A program made the position numbers and the translations under genes. The notes under the pieces were generated by a model. It saw only the letters and a list, made by a program, of their open reading frames with translations, was not told where the DNA came from and searched no databases. From the NCBI GenBank assembly GCA_040954595.2, contig CM082586.2:10323337-10387336 (forward strand): a stretch of DNA of 64,000 nt. The letters run 5' to 3'. The DNA comes from Balanoglossus misakiensis (Eukaryota; Animalia; Hemichordata). Below, in pieces: positions 15,347 through 29,200 of the stretch (position 1 is the stretch's first letter; the number at the start of each line of letters is the position of its first letter).

Positions 15347-18062
15347 AAATTTAGAGGACTGGAACACCTAATGAAGTGCATGTGTTAACTTTAACACACT
15401 AATTATGTATATGAGCTATTTAAAGTTAACCAATAAAGCGTAGAAGTCTGCTTTTTGTTGGACACTGATCAGTTTGGTATCAAATTTTGTTGGCACATTT
15501 TGCCTCACCTCTGGCGTACTTTACCATTTCTGGGCATCCACAACAGACACAGCCTCTGCTTTCTGTTGGAACCATGCTTAACACCTTGGTCCCTCCAATG
15601 CTACTTTTAGTTGTAATTGTCTTCTTCATGGCGGCCATATTGGATTTTCTAATAAGCTTTAAAGGTTGACATTTTCATAAACTACAGGGCCAATCAAGTT
15701 CTAATTTACTGTGCGGTTGAAAGTTTGATAAAATATCATTAGTGGTCATGTGACTTTTGGTGCCTTATTGGATTTTTTAAAAATCTCATTCAAAAATTAC
15801 GAAAATCTTTTTCTAATCAAGTTTTCAAGTGAATTGTGATTGGTTTAACCTTATCAGAGCCAAATTGGATTTTCTGAACTCCGATTAAAAGCTAAAATTC
15901 CTTTTTTTATCCTACTCATTGAAAGCACACAAATTCTTTCTGTGGATACGAGTCACCATATGACTAGAATATGTTACATTTTTTGACAACTTTCATATGT
16001 TCTTTGATCCAGTTTTTTTTTCAGTATTTGATTAAACAATTTGTTGGTGACTCTCGCATGTCCTTTGATCCAGTAATTCCATAACTTAATTTTATGTGGA
16101 TATGGCTCTTGATAAAAAGCTCAACAGTCATGATTTTGTTCAAAGAGTACTACTGCTGCCAGGACATAACCCAAATATTTTGATAATTTTGGCAATGACC
16201 TTTGATGTACTTTCCCATAACCTGGCCTGCACAACAGATACAGCCTTCAGATTTTTAGGCCTTAAACACCTAATAAAGTATTAAACTTTAACACAAAAGT
16301 TGTGTACATAAGCTTTTTCTAGTTAACCAATTGAGAATAAAAGTCTGTTTTTTTGTTGAACACTGATCAGTTTGATGTCAAAATTTGTTGCCACAAATTT
16401 CCGTGACCTCTGGCTTACCTACCATTTCTAAGCATCCACAACAGATACAGAGTTTGCTTTCTGTTGGAACCATGCTAACTGCTTTGGTCCCTGTAATGCT
16501 GCATGTTCCTTTAATTGTCTTCTTCAGGGTGGCCATATTGGATTTTCTGATAACCTTTAAAAGATGACAGTTCTTTTCCAAAACTACAGGGACAATCAAG
16601 TTCGAATATACTGTGCAGTTCAAAGTTTGACTGTAATATTGCTAGTAGTCATGTGACTTAGAATTCCTTATTAGATTTTTGAAAAATATCATTAAAACAC
16701 TTTTTCTAATCAAGTTTTCAAGTGAATTGTGATTGGTTAAACCTTATTGGAGCCAAATTGGATTTTCTGAACAACGATTTAAAACTAAGATTTCCTATTT
16801 ATGGCCTACTCATTGATAGCACAAACATTATTTATATGTATATGACTCACTATATGACCAGAATATGTTACCATTTTTGGCATATTGCACATGTCCTTTA
16901 ATCCAGTTTTTCCAACACTTAATAATACAAATTTTTAGGCAACTTTCATTTGTCTTTTGATCCAGATCTTTCAGAACTTAATTAAAGTTTATTGAAGCCA
17001 AATTGGATTTTATGAATTCTGATTAAAAACTTTGATTGCACACCAATTCTTTTTATAGATACGAGTCACCATATGACCAGAATACGTTGCATTTTTTGGC
17101 AACTTTCGCATGTACTTTGATCCATTTTTTTTTCAGAACTTAATTATTCGTGGATATGCCTCTTGTTGAAAAGCAAAACAGTGATGATTTATTTTTCACA
17201 CGAATAGTACTGCTGCCAGGACATAACCCAAATTTTTTGATAATATTGGCATTGAACTTTGTCCTAAGTTTGGCACCTGTATTCTTTTCTGAATATCTTA
17301 TGGCGACTAGACTAATAGCACTAGAGGTTTGGTTTTTGATGTATATGGACAAGTATGGGACTTAGCTTTTTTTGTTACATTTGGAATCCACTGGACCAAT
17401 GTTGAGCTTATTAAATATGTGAATATCTAATGCTGAGCTTACCCATATTGTTACAGGTTGAATTTTTTATGAACATGCTCTACTATTGGACTTAATTTTT
17501 TTGCTGAATTTCTTGACCAATGATAACCTTATAAATATGTGCTTACGTAATTGTAGACTAGATAATGAAGCTTTGAGTCTGGGTTTTCTTGAACATTCAC
17601 CAGTATGCGATCACATTTTTTTCTGACATTTTTGTTAGCTTTGGTTACCTTAAACCTATTTTCCCTGCCTTGGCATGCACAGCAGATAACGCCTTCAAAT
17701 TTTGAGGGCTGGAACACCTAATTACCAGGTTAACCAATAGAGCCAGAAGTCTTGTTTTTCATTTTACACTGATAATTTTGGAAGAAACATTTGTTGACAA
17801 TTTTGGGTGAGCTCTTGGTGACCTTTGATCTGCTTTCCTATATACATAGCAGATACAGCATTGGCACTCTCTGGTATCCATAGGAACTGCTTTGACCTAG
17901 CCAATGTTTGTTGCACTTTATTTTTTTTCATTAATTGACGATATGTACCCCTTGACCCGCAGTATGTTGGGTTGGGCTGGCTTGCCAAATTAATCCTATT
18001 ATTATCATTGATTTCATGCATTTAATTCTTTCATTCTTTTTTTTTGTAGGTCCCACCGGTAC

Positions 18063-18135
18063 TCTTCTCCTTCTCTCTCTCTTTCTTTCTTTCTTTCTTT
18101 TTTTCTCTTCTTTTCTCTTTTTTTTCTTTTTTTCC
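18063..18135. repeat. Pyrimidine-rich (CT/CTTT) simple repeat
   Basis: tctctctctttctttctttcttt tract; related shorter tract near 18470-18500. Confidence 0.85.
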
Positions 18136-18149
18136 CTGTAGGCCCCAAT

Positions 18150-18670
18150 GGTAACACCATAATCAACCTACTAACGTAAAATTTGATGGATGGATGGAGC
18201 GGAGTGTCAACCATAGTCAACCTACTAATATAAACTTTGATGGATGGATGGAGGGGAGCGTCAACCATAGTCAACCTACTAATATAAACTTTGATGGATG
18301 AATGGAGCGGAGCGTCAACCATAGTCAACCTACTAATATAAACTTTGATGGATGGATGGAGCGGAGCGTCAACCATAGTCAACTTACTAAAATATAAACT
18401 TTGATGGATGGATGGTGCCGCGGAGCGTCAACTTAAAGGATGGAGAAGTGGAAGGATGGAGAAGTGGAGTTTTTTCTCTGTTTTTTCCTCTTTTTCTTTC
18501 CTGTAGGGCACACTGGTAACACCATAATCAACCAACTAACGTAAAATTTGATGGGAGGATGGAGCGGAGAGTCAACCATAGTCAACCTACTAATATAAAC
18601 TTTGATGGATGGATGGATGGAGCGTCAACCTAAAGGATGGAGAAGTGGAAGAATGGAGAAGTGGAGTTTC
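18150..18670. repeat. 54-bp minisatellite inside a ~370-bp duplication
   Basis: Unit gatggatggagcggagcgtcaaccatagtcaacctactaatataaacttt at 18183, 18237 etc.; explains the 18-aa repeat in ORF 18014-18382. Block repeated from ~18500 with fewer units. Confidence 0.9.
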
Positions 18671-18769
18671 AACATAATATCCTATTGACCAAAATTATAA
18701 GATAGAGTAATATAGACGTACAAAACGAGGTGATCGTAATATAAAACTTAATAGTCCAATAAATCGGGT

Positions 18770-19500
18770 TAATAATTGGTAGTGATTACTTGTTTTAAAA
18801 TTAGGTTAACAGCAATGGCTTTGTGCAGGGTATGATAATAGGTTCCGAAATGTGTATGGTATAATAACGGTGAACAAATTTGAATTTGGTTTAATAAAAG
18901 GGTTACAAATGTGATGATGGTTTTATGGTAAAATTTGAGTGTACACAGGTTATAAAGGGGTAACAACGGTTGCTTGTATGAAGGGAATAATATTAGGGTA
19001 ACAAATGTGGTATAAAGGTATAACGGGTTTATAATATGATGATGGCTTGTGTACACAGGTTATAATGGGTATATGAATGAGAAGGGTATAATAATAGTAA
19101 TAACTGTGTCGGGTTTAATAAGGGTAACAATTGTGCAAGGGTATAATAACGATTAATAATTGTGGTGATGGCTTATGGTGATATTAAGTATAAAAAGGCT
19201 GTTAATATTGATGATGATGACAGAGGTATAATAATGATAAAATGTTAAATAAGTGTCCAAGGTCTAATAATCATGTTGGTTCATTCATTGGTTAATGTGT
19301 ATATTTTATGAATAACATGCTATTATTTCTCAGATAGATAATACTCGTCAGCATCGTTATTCGGTGGAATTTCTCGCAACGGTACCCGTGATTGTATTCG
19401 CGCATCGACACATTGTACGCGACAGACAGGCAGAAAATGTTAGCACAATGTTAGGTTAGCTTAACCTCCCCACCCCATCCAAATTCCAAATTTAGCTTAG
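18770..19500. repeat. Diverged paralog of blocks at ~36560-37200 and ~50655-51290
   Basis: Shared ggttcattcattggttaatgtgtatatttt, cattgtacgcgacagac and cctccccaccccatc.aaattccaaatttagctt. Confidence 0.8.
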
Positions 19501-20269
19501 ATCATGGGGTGAGAGGAGGAGAGGACAGTTTTTTTTCCCTCTTTTGTAATTGGTATGAGGTTTTTTAACTGCCCTTTAGGCGCGTAAATTAGATGTGTGT
19601 TATCATACATGTAGTTATCTTGCTTTATTTTAAAACAATTGTGAATGAGCTCTGCGAGATTATGTACACGATAGTGTGTTATATAACGCTAAGGTAAAAG
19701 TAAACTTAACCCACTAACCCATCACACTATTGTGTGCATAATTAGCAGATGCTATTTTGACTGGCCCATTGTTCAACCAAATGACACCTTGTTTCAAAAA
19801 GAGCTGAAACTATATTGGTTAATTTCTTTCAGTTTAACCACATGACACATTGTTTCAAATTGGCCTGCAAGATATGCTACTTGAACTCCCCCCCCCCCCA
19901 CCCCCACCCCCCCAAAACAATAAATTAGGGATTAATCACTCGCTATATTATGAACATTCACATGAAAATTATGCAACCAATTTAAAGGTATTCTGGAGGC
20001 GTCTTCTGATGTCAGGTGGTTCAAATCCACCGATACCTAAGCTGGAAACATAACTTTTCATTGGTGTTCATATATGGCGAATAAAACATGCATATTCGTA
20101 TTATCATATTTCAGATATGAACGAATTGAAATAGATTCTTTTCGATATGATTTCAGAAATGAACGAATTCAAATAGATTCTTTTCGATATGTCACTATAA
20201 ACTTTAATCCCATTTCACCCCTTTTACTCAAAATGTAATGTTTAAATAGCAAAGAAGTTAATCACTAAA

Positions 20270-23200
20270 CGTTGACACCGGGGTTTAAAATGCATACAGG
20301 GATACTAAAAGTTGACTGAAATCCCTGGGTTAATACGTGTCCAAAAGCAATTTTATTTGACATTGCTAATGCAACGATGATATTGAATCTGATTCTTTGC
20401 ATCAGGGGGAATGGCGATGCAAGCTTGATGATGCAGCCAGGTAGATAGTGATGCAAACACTTCACTTTGACATGGGTATTTAATGCATGCGCATTGATAT
20501 TTAAAGTTGACTCTAAATCCCGAGGGTAATACATGGCCAAAAGCACTGTAATTTAAAATTACTAATGCAAGCGTGACATTGAATATGGATAAATGGTGAA
20601 GCAAACGTGATGATGCATCAGGATAGATGGTGTTTGAAGCCCTTCACATTGACTTTTGAATATAATGCATATGGGGATTTAAAGTTGATTGTAAATCCCT
20701 AGGTTAATACATGGCCAAAAGCACTTTTATTTGACATTGCTAATGCAACGGTGACATTGAATCTGATTCTATGCATCAGGGTAAATGGCGATACAGGCTT
20801 GATGATGCATCACGGTAGATAGTGATGCAAACAGTTCACTCTGACATGGGTATTAAATGCATATGGGGATTTCAAGTTGATTACAAATCCCTGGGTTAAT
20901 ACGCACCCAAAAGCACTGTAGTTTGACATTGCTAATGAAATGGTGACATTGAATCTGATTCTATGCATCAGGGTAAATGGCGATACAGGCTTGATGATGC
21001 ATCACGGTAGATAGTGATGCAAACAGTTCACTCTGACATGGGTATTAAATGCATATGGGGATTTCAAGTTGATTACAAATCCCTGGGTTAATACGCACCC
21101 AAAAGCACTGTAGTTTGACATTGCTAATGAAATGGTGACATTGAATGTAATTCTTTGCATTAGGGGAAATGGCTAAAAGTTTAATGATGCATTGGAGTAG
21201 ATGGTGATGCAAGCTATGCATTTTGACATAGGTATTTAATGCATGTGCATGGGTATTTAATGTTGACTGTAAATCCCTAGGTTAATACATGTCCAAAAGC
21301 ACTGTAATTTAAAATTGCTAATGCAAGGGTGACATTGAATCTGATTCTTTGCATCAGGGCAAATTCTGAAGAATGCTTGATGATGCACCAGGGTCAATGG
21401 TGATGCAATCACTAAACTTTTACACCGGGGTTTAAAATGTATACAGGGGGATTAAAAGTTGACTGTAAATCCCCAGGTTAATACAAGTCCAAAAGCACTT
21501 TAATTTGACATTGCTAATACAACGGTGACATTTAATCTGATTCTTTGCATCAGGGAAAATGGTGAAGCAAGCTTAATAATGCATCGGAGTAAATGGTGAT
21601 GCAAGCTCTGCACTTTGACATAGGTATTAAATGTATATGCATGGGTATTTAAAGTTGTCCGTAAATCCCGAGGTTAATACGTGGCCATAGGCAATGTAAT
21701 TTGACATTGCTAATGCTACCGTGATACTAAATCTGATTCTTTGCATCAGGGTAAATTGTGAAGCAAGCTTGATGATGTATCATGATAGATGGTGTTTCAA
21801 GCCCTTCACATTGACATTGGAATATAACGCACATGGGGATTTAAAGTTGATTGTATGGCCAAAAGCACTGTAATTTGACATTGCTAATGCTACAGTGACA
21901 TTGAATCTGATTCTTTGCATTAGGGCAAATGGCGAAGCAAGCTTGATGATGCATCACGGTAGATATTGATGCAAGCACTTCGCTTTGACATAGGTATAAA
22001 ATTCATATGGGGATTTCAAGTTGATTATAAATCCCTGGGTTAATATGTGGCCGAAAGCACTTTTATTTGCCATTGCTAATGCTATGGTGACACTGATTAT
22101 TTGCATCAGGGTTAATGGCGAAGCAGCTTGATGATGCATCAGGATAGATGGTGATGCAAGCTCTGCACTTTGACATGAGGATTAAATGCATGCTGAGGGG
22201 GATTTAAAGTTGTCAAAACAAACTTGATGATGCATCAGGGTAGAAGGTATTTCAAGCCCTTCACATTGACATTGGAATATAACGCATATGGGGATTTAAA
22301 GTTGATTGTAAATCCCCAGGTTGATACGTGGCCATAAGCACTGTAGTTTGACATTGCTAATGCTACCGTGACATTAAATCTGATTCTTTCCATCAGGGTA
22401 AATTGTGAAGCAAGCTTGATGATGCATCAGGACAGATGGTGTTTCAAGCCCTTCACATTGACAATGGAATATAACGCATATGGGGATTTAAAGTTGATTG
22501 AAAATCCCTAGGTTAATACATGGCCAAAAGCACTGTAATTTAAAATTGCAAATGCAATGGTGACATTGAATGTCATTCTTTGCATTAGGGGAAATGGCGT
22601 AGCAAGCATAATGGTACATCAGAGTAGATGGTGATGCAAGCTCTGCACTTTGACATAGATATTTAATGCATATGCATGGGTATTTAATGTCGACTGTAAA
22701 TCCCCAGGTTAATATATGTCCAAAAGCACTGTAATTTAAAATTGCTAATGCAAGGGTGACATTGAATCTGATTCTTTGCATTATGGGGAATGGCGATGCA
22801 AACCTAATGATGCATCAGAGTAGATGGTGATGCAAGCTCTGCACTTTGACATAGGTATTTAATGTATATGCATGGGTATTTAAAGTTGTCTGTAAATTCC
22901 CAGGTTAATACGTGGCAATAAGCACTGTAATTTGACATTGCTAATGAAATGGTGACGCTGAATGTGATTTTTTGCATCAGGGTAAATTGTGAAGCAAGCT
23001 TGATGATGCATCAGGATAGATGGTGTTTCAAGCCCTTCACTTGACATTGGAATATAACGCATATGGGGATTTAAAGTTAATTGCAAATCCATAGGTTAAT
23101 ACATGGCCAAAAACACTGTAATTTAAAATTGCTAATGCAATGGTGACATTGAATGTGATTCTTTGCATTAGGGGAAATGGCGTAGCAAGCCTAATGGTGC

Positions 23201-26200
23201 ATCAGAGTAAATGGTGATGCAAGCTCTACACTTTGACATAGGTATTTAATGGATATGCATGGGTATTTAATGTTGACTGTAAATCCTCAGGTTAATACGT
23301 GGCCATAAGCACTGTAATTTGACATTGCTAATGCAACGGTGACATTGAATCTGATTCTTTGCATAAGGGTGAATGGCGATGCAAGCTTGATGATGCATCA
23401 CGGTAGATAGTGATGCAAACACTTCACTTTGACATGGGTATCAAATGCATATAGGGATTTGCTAATGCTACCATGACACTAAATCTGATTTTTTGCATCA
23501 GGGAAAATGGTGAAGCAAGCTTGATGATGCATCATGATAGATGGTGTTTCAAGCCCTTCACATTGACATTAGAATATAATGCATATGGGGATTTAAAGTT
23601 GATTGTAAATCCCCAGGTTAGTATACGGCCAAACGCACTATAATTTGACATTGCTAATGCAACAGTGACATTGAATCTGATTCTTTGCATTAGGGCAAAT
23701 GGCGAAGCAAGCTTGATGATGCATCACGGTAGATATTGATGCAAGCACTTCGCTTTGACATAGGTATAAAATTCATATAGGGATTTCAAGTTGATTATAA
23801 ATCCCTGGGTTAATATGTGGCCGAAAGCACTTTTATTTGCCATTGCTAATGCTATGGCGACACTAAATCTGATTCTTTGCATCAGGGTAAATTGTGAAGA
23901 AAGCTTGATGATGCATCAGTATAGATGGTGTTTCAAGCCGTTCAAGTTAACATTGCAATATAATGCATATGGGGATTTGAAGTTGATTGTAAACCCGCAA
24001 GTTAATACATGGCCAAATGCTCAGTAATTTGACATTGCTGATGCTATGGTGACACTGATTATTTGCATCAGGGTTAATGGCGAAACAAACTTGATGATGC
24101 ATCAGGGTAGATGGTATTTCAAGCCCTTCACATTGACATTGGAATATAATGCATATGGGGATTTAAAGTTGATTGTAAATCCCCAGGTTAATACATAGCC
24201 AAAAGCACTGTAATTTGACATGGCTAATGCTACTGTGATACTAAATCTGATTCTTTGCATCAGGGCATATAGCGAAGCATGCTTGGTGATGCATCAGGAT
24301 CAATGGTGATGGAGACACTGCACTTTGACATGCGTATTTAATGCATATGCACATATGTTTAAAGTTGACTGTAAATCGCCAGGTTAATACGTGGCCAAAA
24401 GCACAGTAATTTGACATTGCGAATGCAACAGTGACATTTAATCTGATTCTTTGCATTAAGGCAAATGGCGAAGCATGCTTGACGATGCATCACAGTAGAT
24501 AGTGATGCAAACACTTCGCTTAGACATGGGTATAAAAAGCATATAGGGATTTCAAATAGATTATAAATCCCTGTGTTAATACGTGTCCAAAAGCACTGTA
24601 ATTTGACATTGCTTATGCAATGGTGACACTATATCTGATTCTTTGCATCAGGGCAAATGGCGAAGCAGCTTGATGATGCATCAGGATAGATGGTGATGCA
24701 AGCTCTGCACTTTGACATGGGAATTAAATGCATGCTGAGGGGGATTTAAAGTTGTCAAAACAAACTTGATGATGCATCAGGGTAGATGGTATTTCAAGCC
24801 CTTCACATTGACATTGGAATATAACGCATATGGGGATTTAAAGTTGATTGTAAATCCCCAGGTTGATACGTGGCCATAAGCACTGTAATTTAAAATTACT
24901 AATGCAAGGGTGACATTGAATATGGATAAATGGTGAAGCAAACGTGATGATGCATCAGGATAGATGGTGTTCCAAGCCCTTCACATTGACTTTTGAATAT
25001 AATGCATATGGGGATTTAAAGTTGATTGTAAATCCCTAGGTTAATAATGGCCAAAAGCACTTTTATTTGACATTGCTAATGCAACGGTGACATTGAATCT
25101 GATTCTATGCATAAGGGTAAATGGCGATGCAGGCTTGATGATGCATCACGGTAGATAGTGATGCAAACAGTTCACTTTGACATGGGTATTAAATGCATAT
25201 GGGGATTTCAAGTTGATTACAAATCCTTGGGTTAATACGCATCCAAAAGCACTGTAATTTGACATTGCTAATGAAATGGTGACATTGAATGTAATTCTTT
25301 GCATTAGGGGAAATGGCTAAGCAAGCTTAATGATGCATTGGAGTAGATGGTGATGCAAGCTATGCATTTTGACATAGGTATTTAATGCATGTGCATGGGT
25401 ATTTAATGTTGACTGTAAATCCCTAGGTTAATACATGTCCAAAAGCACTGTAATTTAAAATTGCTAATGCAAGGGTGACATTGAATCTGATTCTTTGCAT
25501 CAGGGCAAATTCTGAAGAATGCTTGATGATGCACCAGGGTCAATGGTGATGCAATCACTAAACTTTGACACCGGGGTTTAAAATGTATACAGGGGGATTA
25601 AAAGTTGACTGTAAATCCCTTGGTTAATACAAGTCCAAAAGCACTTTAATTTGACATTGCTAATACAACGGTGACATTTAATCTGATTCTTTGCATCAGG
25701 GAAAATGGCGAAGCAAGCTTAATAATGCATTGGAGTATATGGTGATGCAAGCTCTGCATTTTGACATAGGTATTAAATGTATATGCAAGGGTATTTAAAG
25801 TTGTCCGTACATCCCGAGGTTAATACGTGGCCATAGGCACTGTAATTTGACATTGCTAATGCTACCGTGATACTAAATCTGATTCTTTGCATCAGGGAAA
25901 ATGGTGAAGCAAGCTTGATGATGCATCAGGATAGATGGTGTTTCAAGCCCTTCACATTGACATTAGAATATAATGCATATGGGGATTTAAAGTTGATTGT
26001 AAATCCCCAGGTTAGTATACGGCCAAACGAACTGTAATTTGACATTGCTAATGCAAGGGTGACATTGAATCTGATTCTTTGCATTAGGGCAAATGGCGAA
26101 GCAAGCTTGATGATGCATCACGGTAGATATTGATGCAAGCACTTCGCTTTGACATAGGTATAAAATTCATATGGGGATTTCAAGTTGATTATAAATCCCT

Positions 26201-29200
26201 GGGTTAATATGTGGCCGAAAGCACTTTTATTTGCCATTGCTAATGCTATGGTGACACTGATTATTTGCATCAGGGTTAATGGCGAAACAAACTTGATGAT
26301 GCATCAGGGTAGATGGTTTTTCAAGCCCTTCACATTGACATTGGAATATAATGCATATGGGGATTTAAAGTTGATTATAAATCCCGATGTTTATACATGG
26401 CCAAAAGCACAGTAATTTGACATTGCTAATGCAATGGTGACATTGAATCTGATTCTTTGCATCAGCGTAAATGGCGAAGCATGCTTGATGATGCATCACA
26501 GTAGATAGTGATGCAAACACTTCGCTTAGACATGGGTATAAAAAGCATATAGGGATTTCAAGTAGATTATAAATCCCTGTGTTAATACGTGTCCAAAAGC
26601 ACTGTAATTTGACATTGCTAATGCAATGTTGACACTATATCTGATTCTTTGCATCAGGGCAAATGGGGAAGCAGCTTGATGATGGATCAGGGTAGATGGT
26701 ATTTCAAGCCCTTCACATTGACATTGGAATATAACGCATATGGGGATTTAAAGTTGATTGTAAATCCCCAGGTTGATACGTGGCCATAAGCACTGTAGTT
26801 TGACATTGCTAATGCTACCGTGACATTAAATCTGATTCTTTCCATCGGGGTAAATTGTGAAGCAAGCTTGATGATGCATCAGGACAGATGGTGTTTCAAG
26901 CCCTTCACATTGACAATGGAATATAACGCATATGGGGATTTAAAGTTGATTGAAAATCCCTAGGTTAATACATGTCCAAAAGCACTGTAATTTAAAATTG
27001 CTAATGCAAGGGTGACATTGAATCTGATTCTTTGCATTAGGGGGAATGGCGATGCAAACCTAATGATGCATCAGAGTAGATGGTGATGCAAGCTCTGCAC
27101 TTTGACATAGGTATTTAATGTATATGCATGGGTATTTAAAGTTGTCTGTAAATTCCCAGGTTAATACGTGGCAATAAGCACTGTAATTTGACATTGCTAA
27201 TGAAATGGTGACGCTGAATGTGATTTTTTGCATCAGGGTAAATTGTGAAGCAAGCTTGATGATGCATCAGGATAGATGGTGTTTCAAGCCCTTCACTTGA
27301 CATTGGAATATAACGCATATGGGGATTTAAAGTTAATTGCAAATCCATAGGTTAATACATGGCCAAAAACACTGTAATTTAAAATTGCTAATGCAATGGT
27401 GACATTGAATGTGATTCTTTGCATTAGGGGAAATGGCGTAGCAAGCCTAATGGTGCATCAGAGTAAATGGTGATGCAAGCTCTGCACTTTGACATAGGTA
27501 TTTAATGTATATGCATGGGTATTTAAAGTTGTCTGTAAATTCCCAGGTTAATACGTGGCAATAAGCACTGTAATTTGACATTGCTAATGAAATGGTGACG
27601 CTGAATGTGATTTTTTGCATCAGGGTAAATTGTGAAGCAAGCTTGATGATGCATCAGGATAGATGGTGTTTCAAGCCCTTCACTTGACATTGGAATATAA
27701 CGCATATGGGGATTTAAAGTTAATTGCAAATCCATAGGTTAATACATGGCCAAAAACACTGTAATTTAAAATTGCTAATGCAATGGTGACATTGAATGTG
27801 ATTCTTTGCATTAGGGGAAATGGCGTAGCAAGCCTAATGGTGCATCACGGTAGATAGTGATGCAAACACTTCACTTTGACATGGGTATCAAATGCATATG
27901 GGGATTTGCTAATGCTACCATGACACTAAATCTGATTTTTTGCATCAGGGAAAATGGTGAAGCAAGCTTGATGATGCATCATGATAGATGGTGTTTCAAG
28001 CCCTTCACATTGATATTAGAATATAATGCATATGGGGATTTAAAGTTGATTGTAAATCCCCAGGTTAGTATACGGCCAAACGCACTATAATTTGACATTG
28101 CTAATGCAACAGTGACATTGAATCTGATTCTTTGCATTAGGGCAAATGGCGAAGCAAGCTTGATGATGCATCACGGTAGATATTGATGCAAGCACTTCGC
28201 TTTGACATAGGTATAAAATTCATATAGGGATTTCAAGTTGATTATAAATCCCTGGGTTAATATGTGGCCGAAAGCACTTTTATTTGCCATTGCTAATGCT
28301 ATGGCGACACTAAATCTGATTCTTTGCATCAGGGTAAATTGTGAAGAAAGCTTGATGATGCATCAGTATAGATGGTGTTTCAAGCCGTTCAAGTTAACAT
28401 TGCAATATAATGCATATGGGGATTTGAAGTTGATTGTAAACCCGCAAGTTAATACATGGCCAAATGCTCAGTAATTTGACATTGCTGATGCTATGGTGAC
28501 ACTGATTATTTGCATCAGGGTTAATGGCGAAACAAACTTGATGATGCATCAGGGTAGATGGTATTTCAAGCCCTTCACATTGACATTGGAATATAATGCA
28601 TATGGGGATTTAAAGTTGATTGTAAATCCCCAGGTTAATACATAGCCAAAAGCACTGTAATTTGACATGGCTAATGCTACTGTGATACTAAATCTGATTC
28701 TTTGCATCAGGGCATATAGCGAAGCATGCTTGGTGATGCATCAGGATCAATGGTGATGGAGACACTGCACTTTGACATGCGTATTTAATGCATATGCACA
28801 GATGTTTAAAGTTGACTGTAAATCGCCAGGTTAATACGTGGCCAAAAGCACAGTAATTTGACATTGCGAATGCAACAGTGACATTTAATCTGATTCTTTG
28901 CATTAAGGCAAATGGCGAAGCATGCTTGACGATGCATCACAGTAGATAGTGATGCAAACACTTCGCTTAGACATGGGTATAAAAAGCATATAGGGATTTC
29001 AAATAGATTATAAATCCCTGTGTTAATACGTGTCCAAAAGCACTGTAATTTGACATTGCTTATGCAATGGTGACACTATATCTGATTCTTTGCATCAGGG
29101 CAAATGGCGAAGCAGCTTGATGATGCATCAGGATAGATGGTGATGCAAGCTCTGCACTTTGACATGGGGATTAAATGCATGCTGAGGGGGATTTAAAGTT

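Larger units (their letters stand above)
1030..17900. repeat. Tandem array of ~900-bp units (alternating subtypes) with embedded 116-bp VNTR
   Basis: Landmark (g/t)gccatattgga(t/a)tttct recurs at ~1165, 2920, 3823, 5057, 5960, 7313, 8346, 11434, 12337, 13365, 15628 and 16527; minimal spacing ~900 bp. Identical spurious ORFs at 2769/4906, 3344/5481 and 3680/5817 give a 2137-bp dimer. Degenerate last copies at ~16900-17900. Confidence 0.93.

Noticed and set aside
18014-18382. 122-aa ORF with 18-aa repeats and a K/R/E tract
   Set aside because: Explained by the 54-bp minisatellite plus the CT microsatellite.
19877-19913. C-rich tract and poly-Pro ORF
   Set aside because: Simple sequence with no supporting exon structure.
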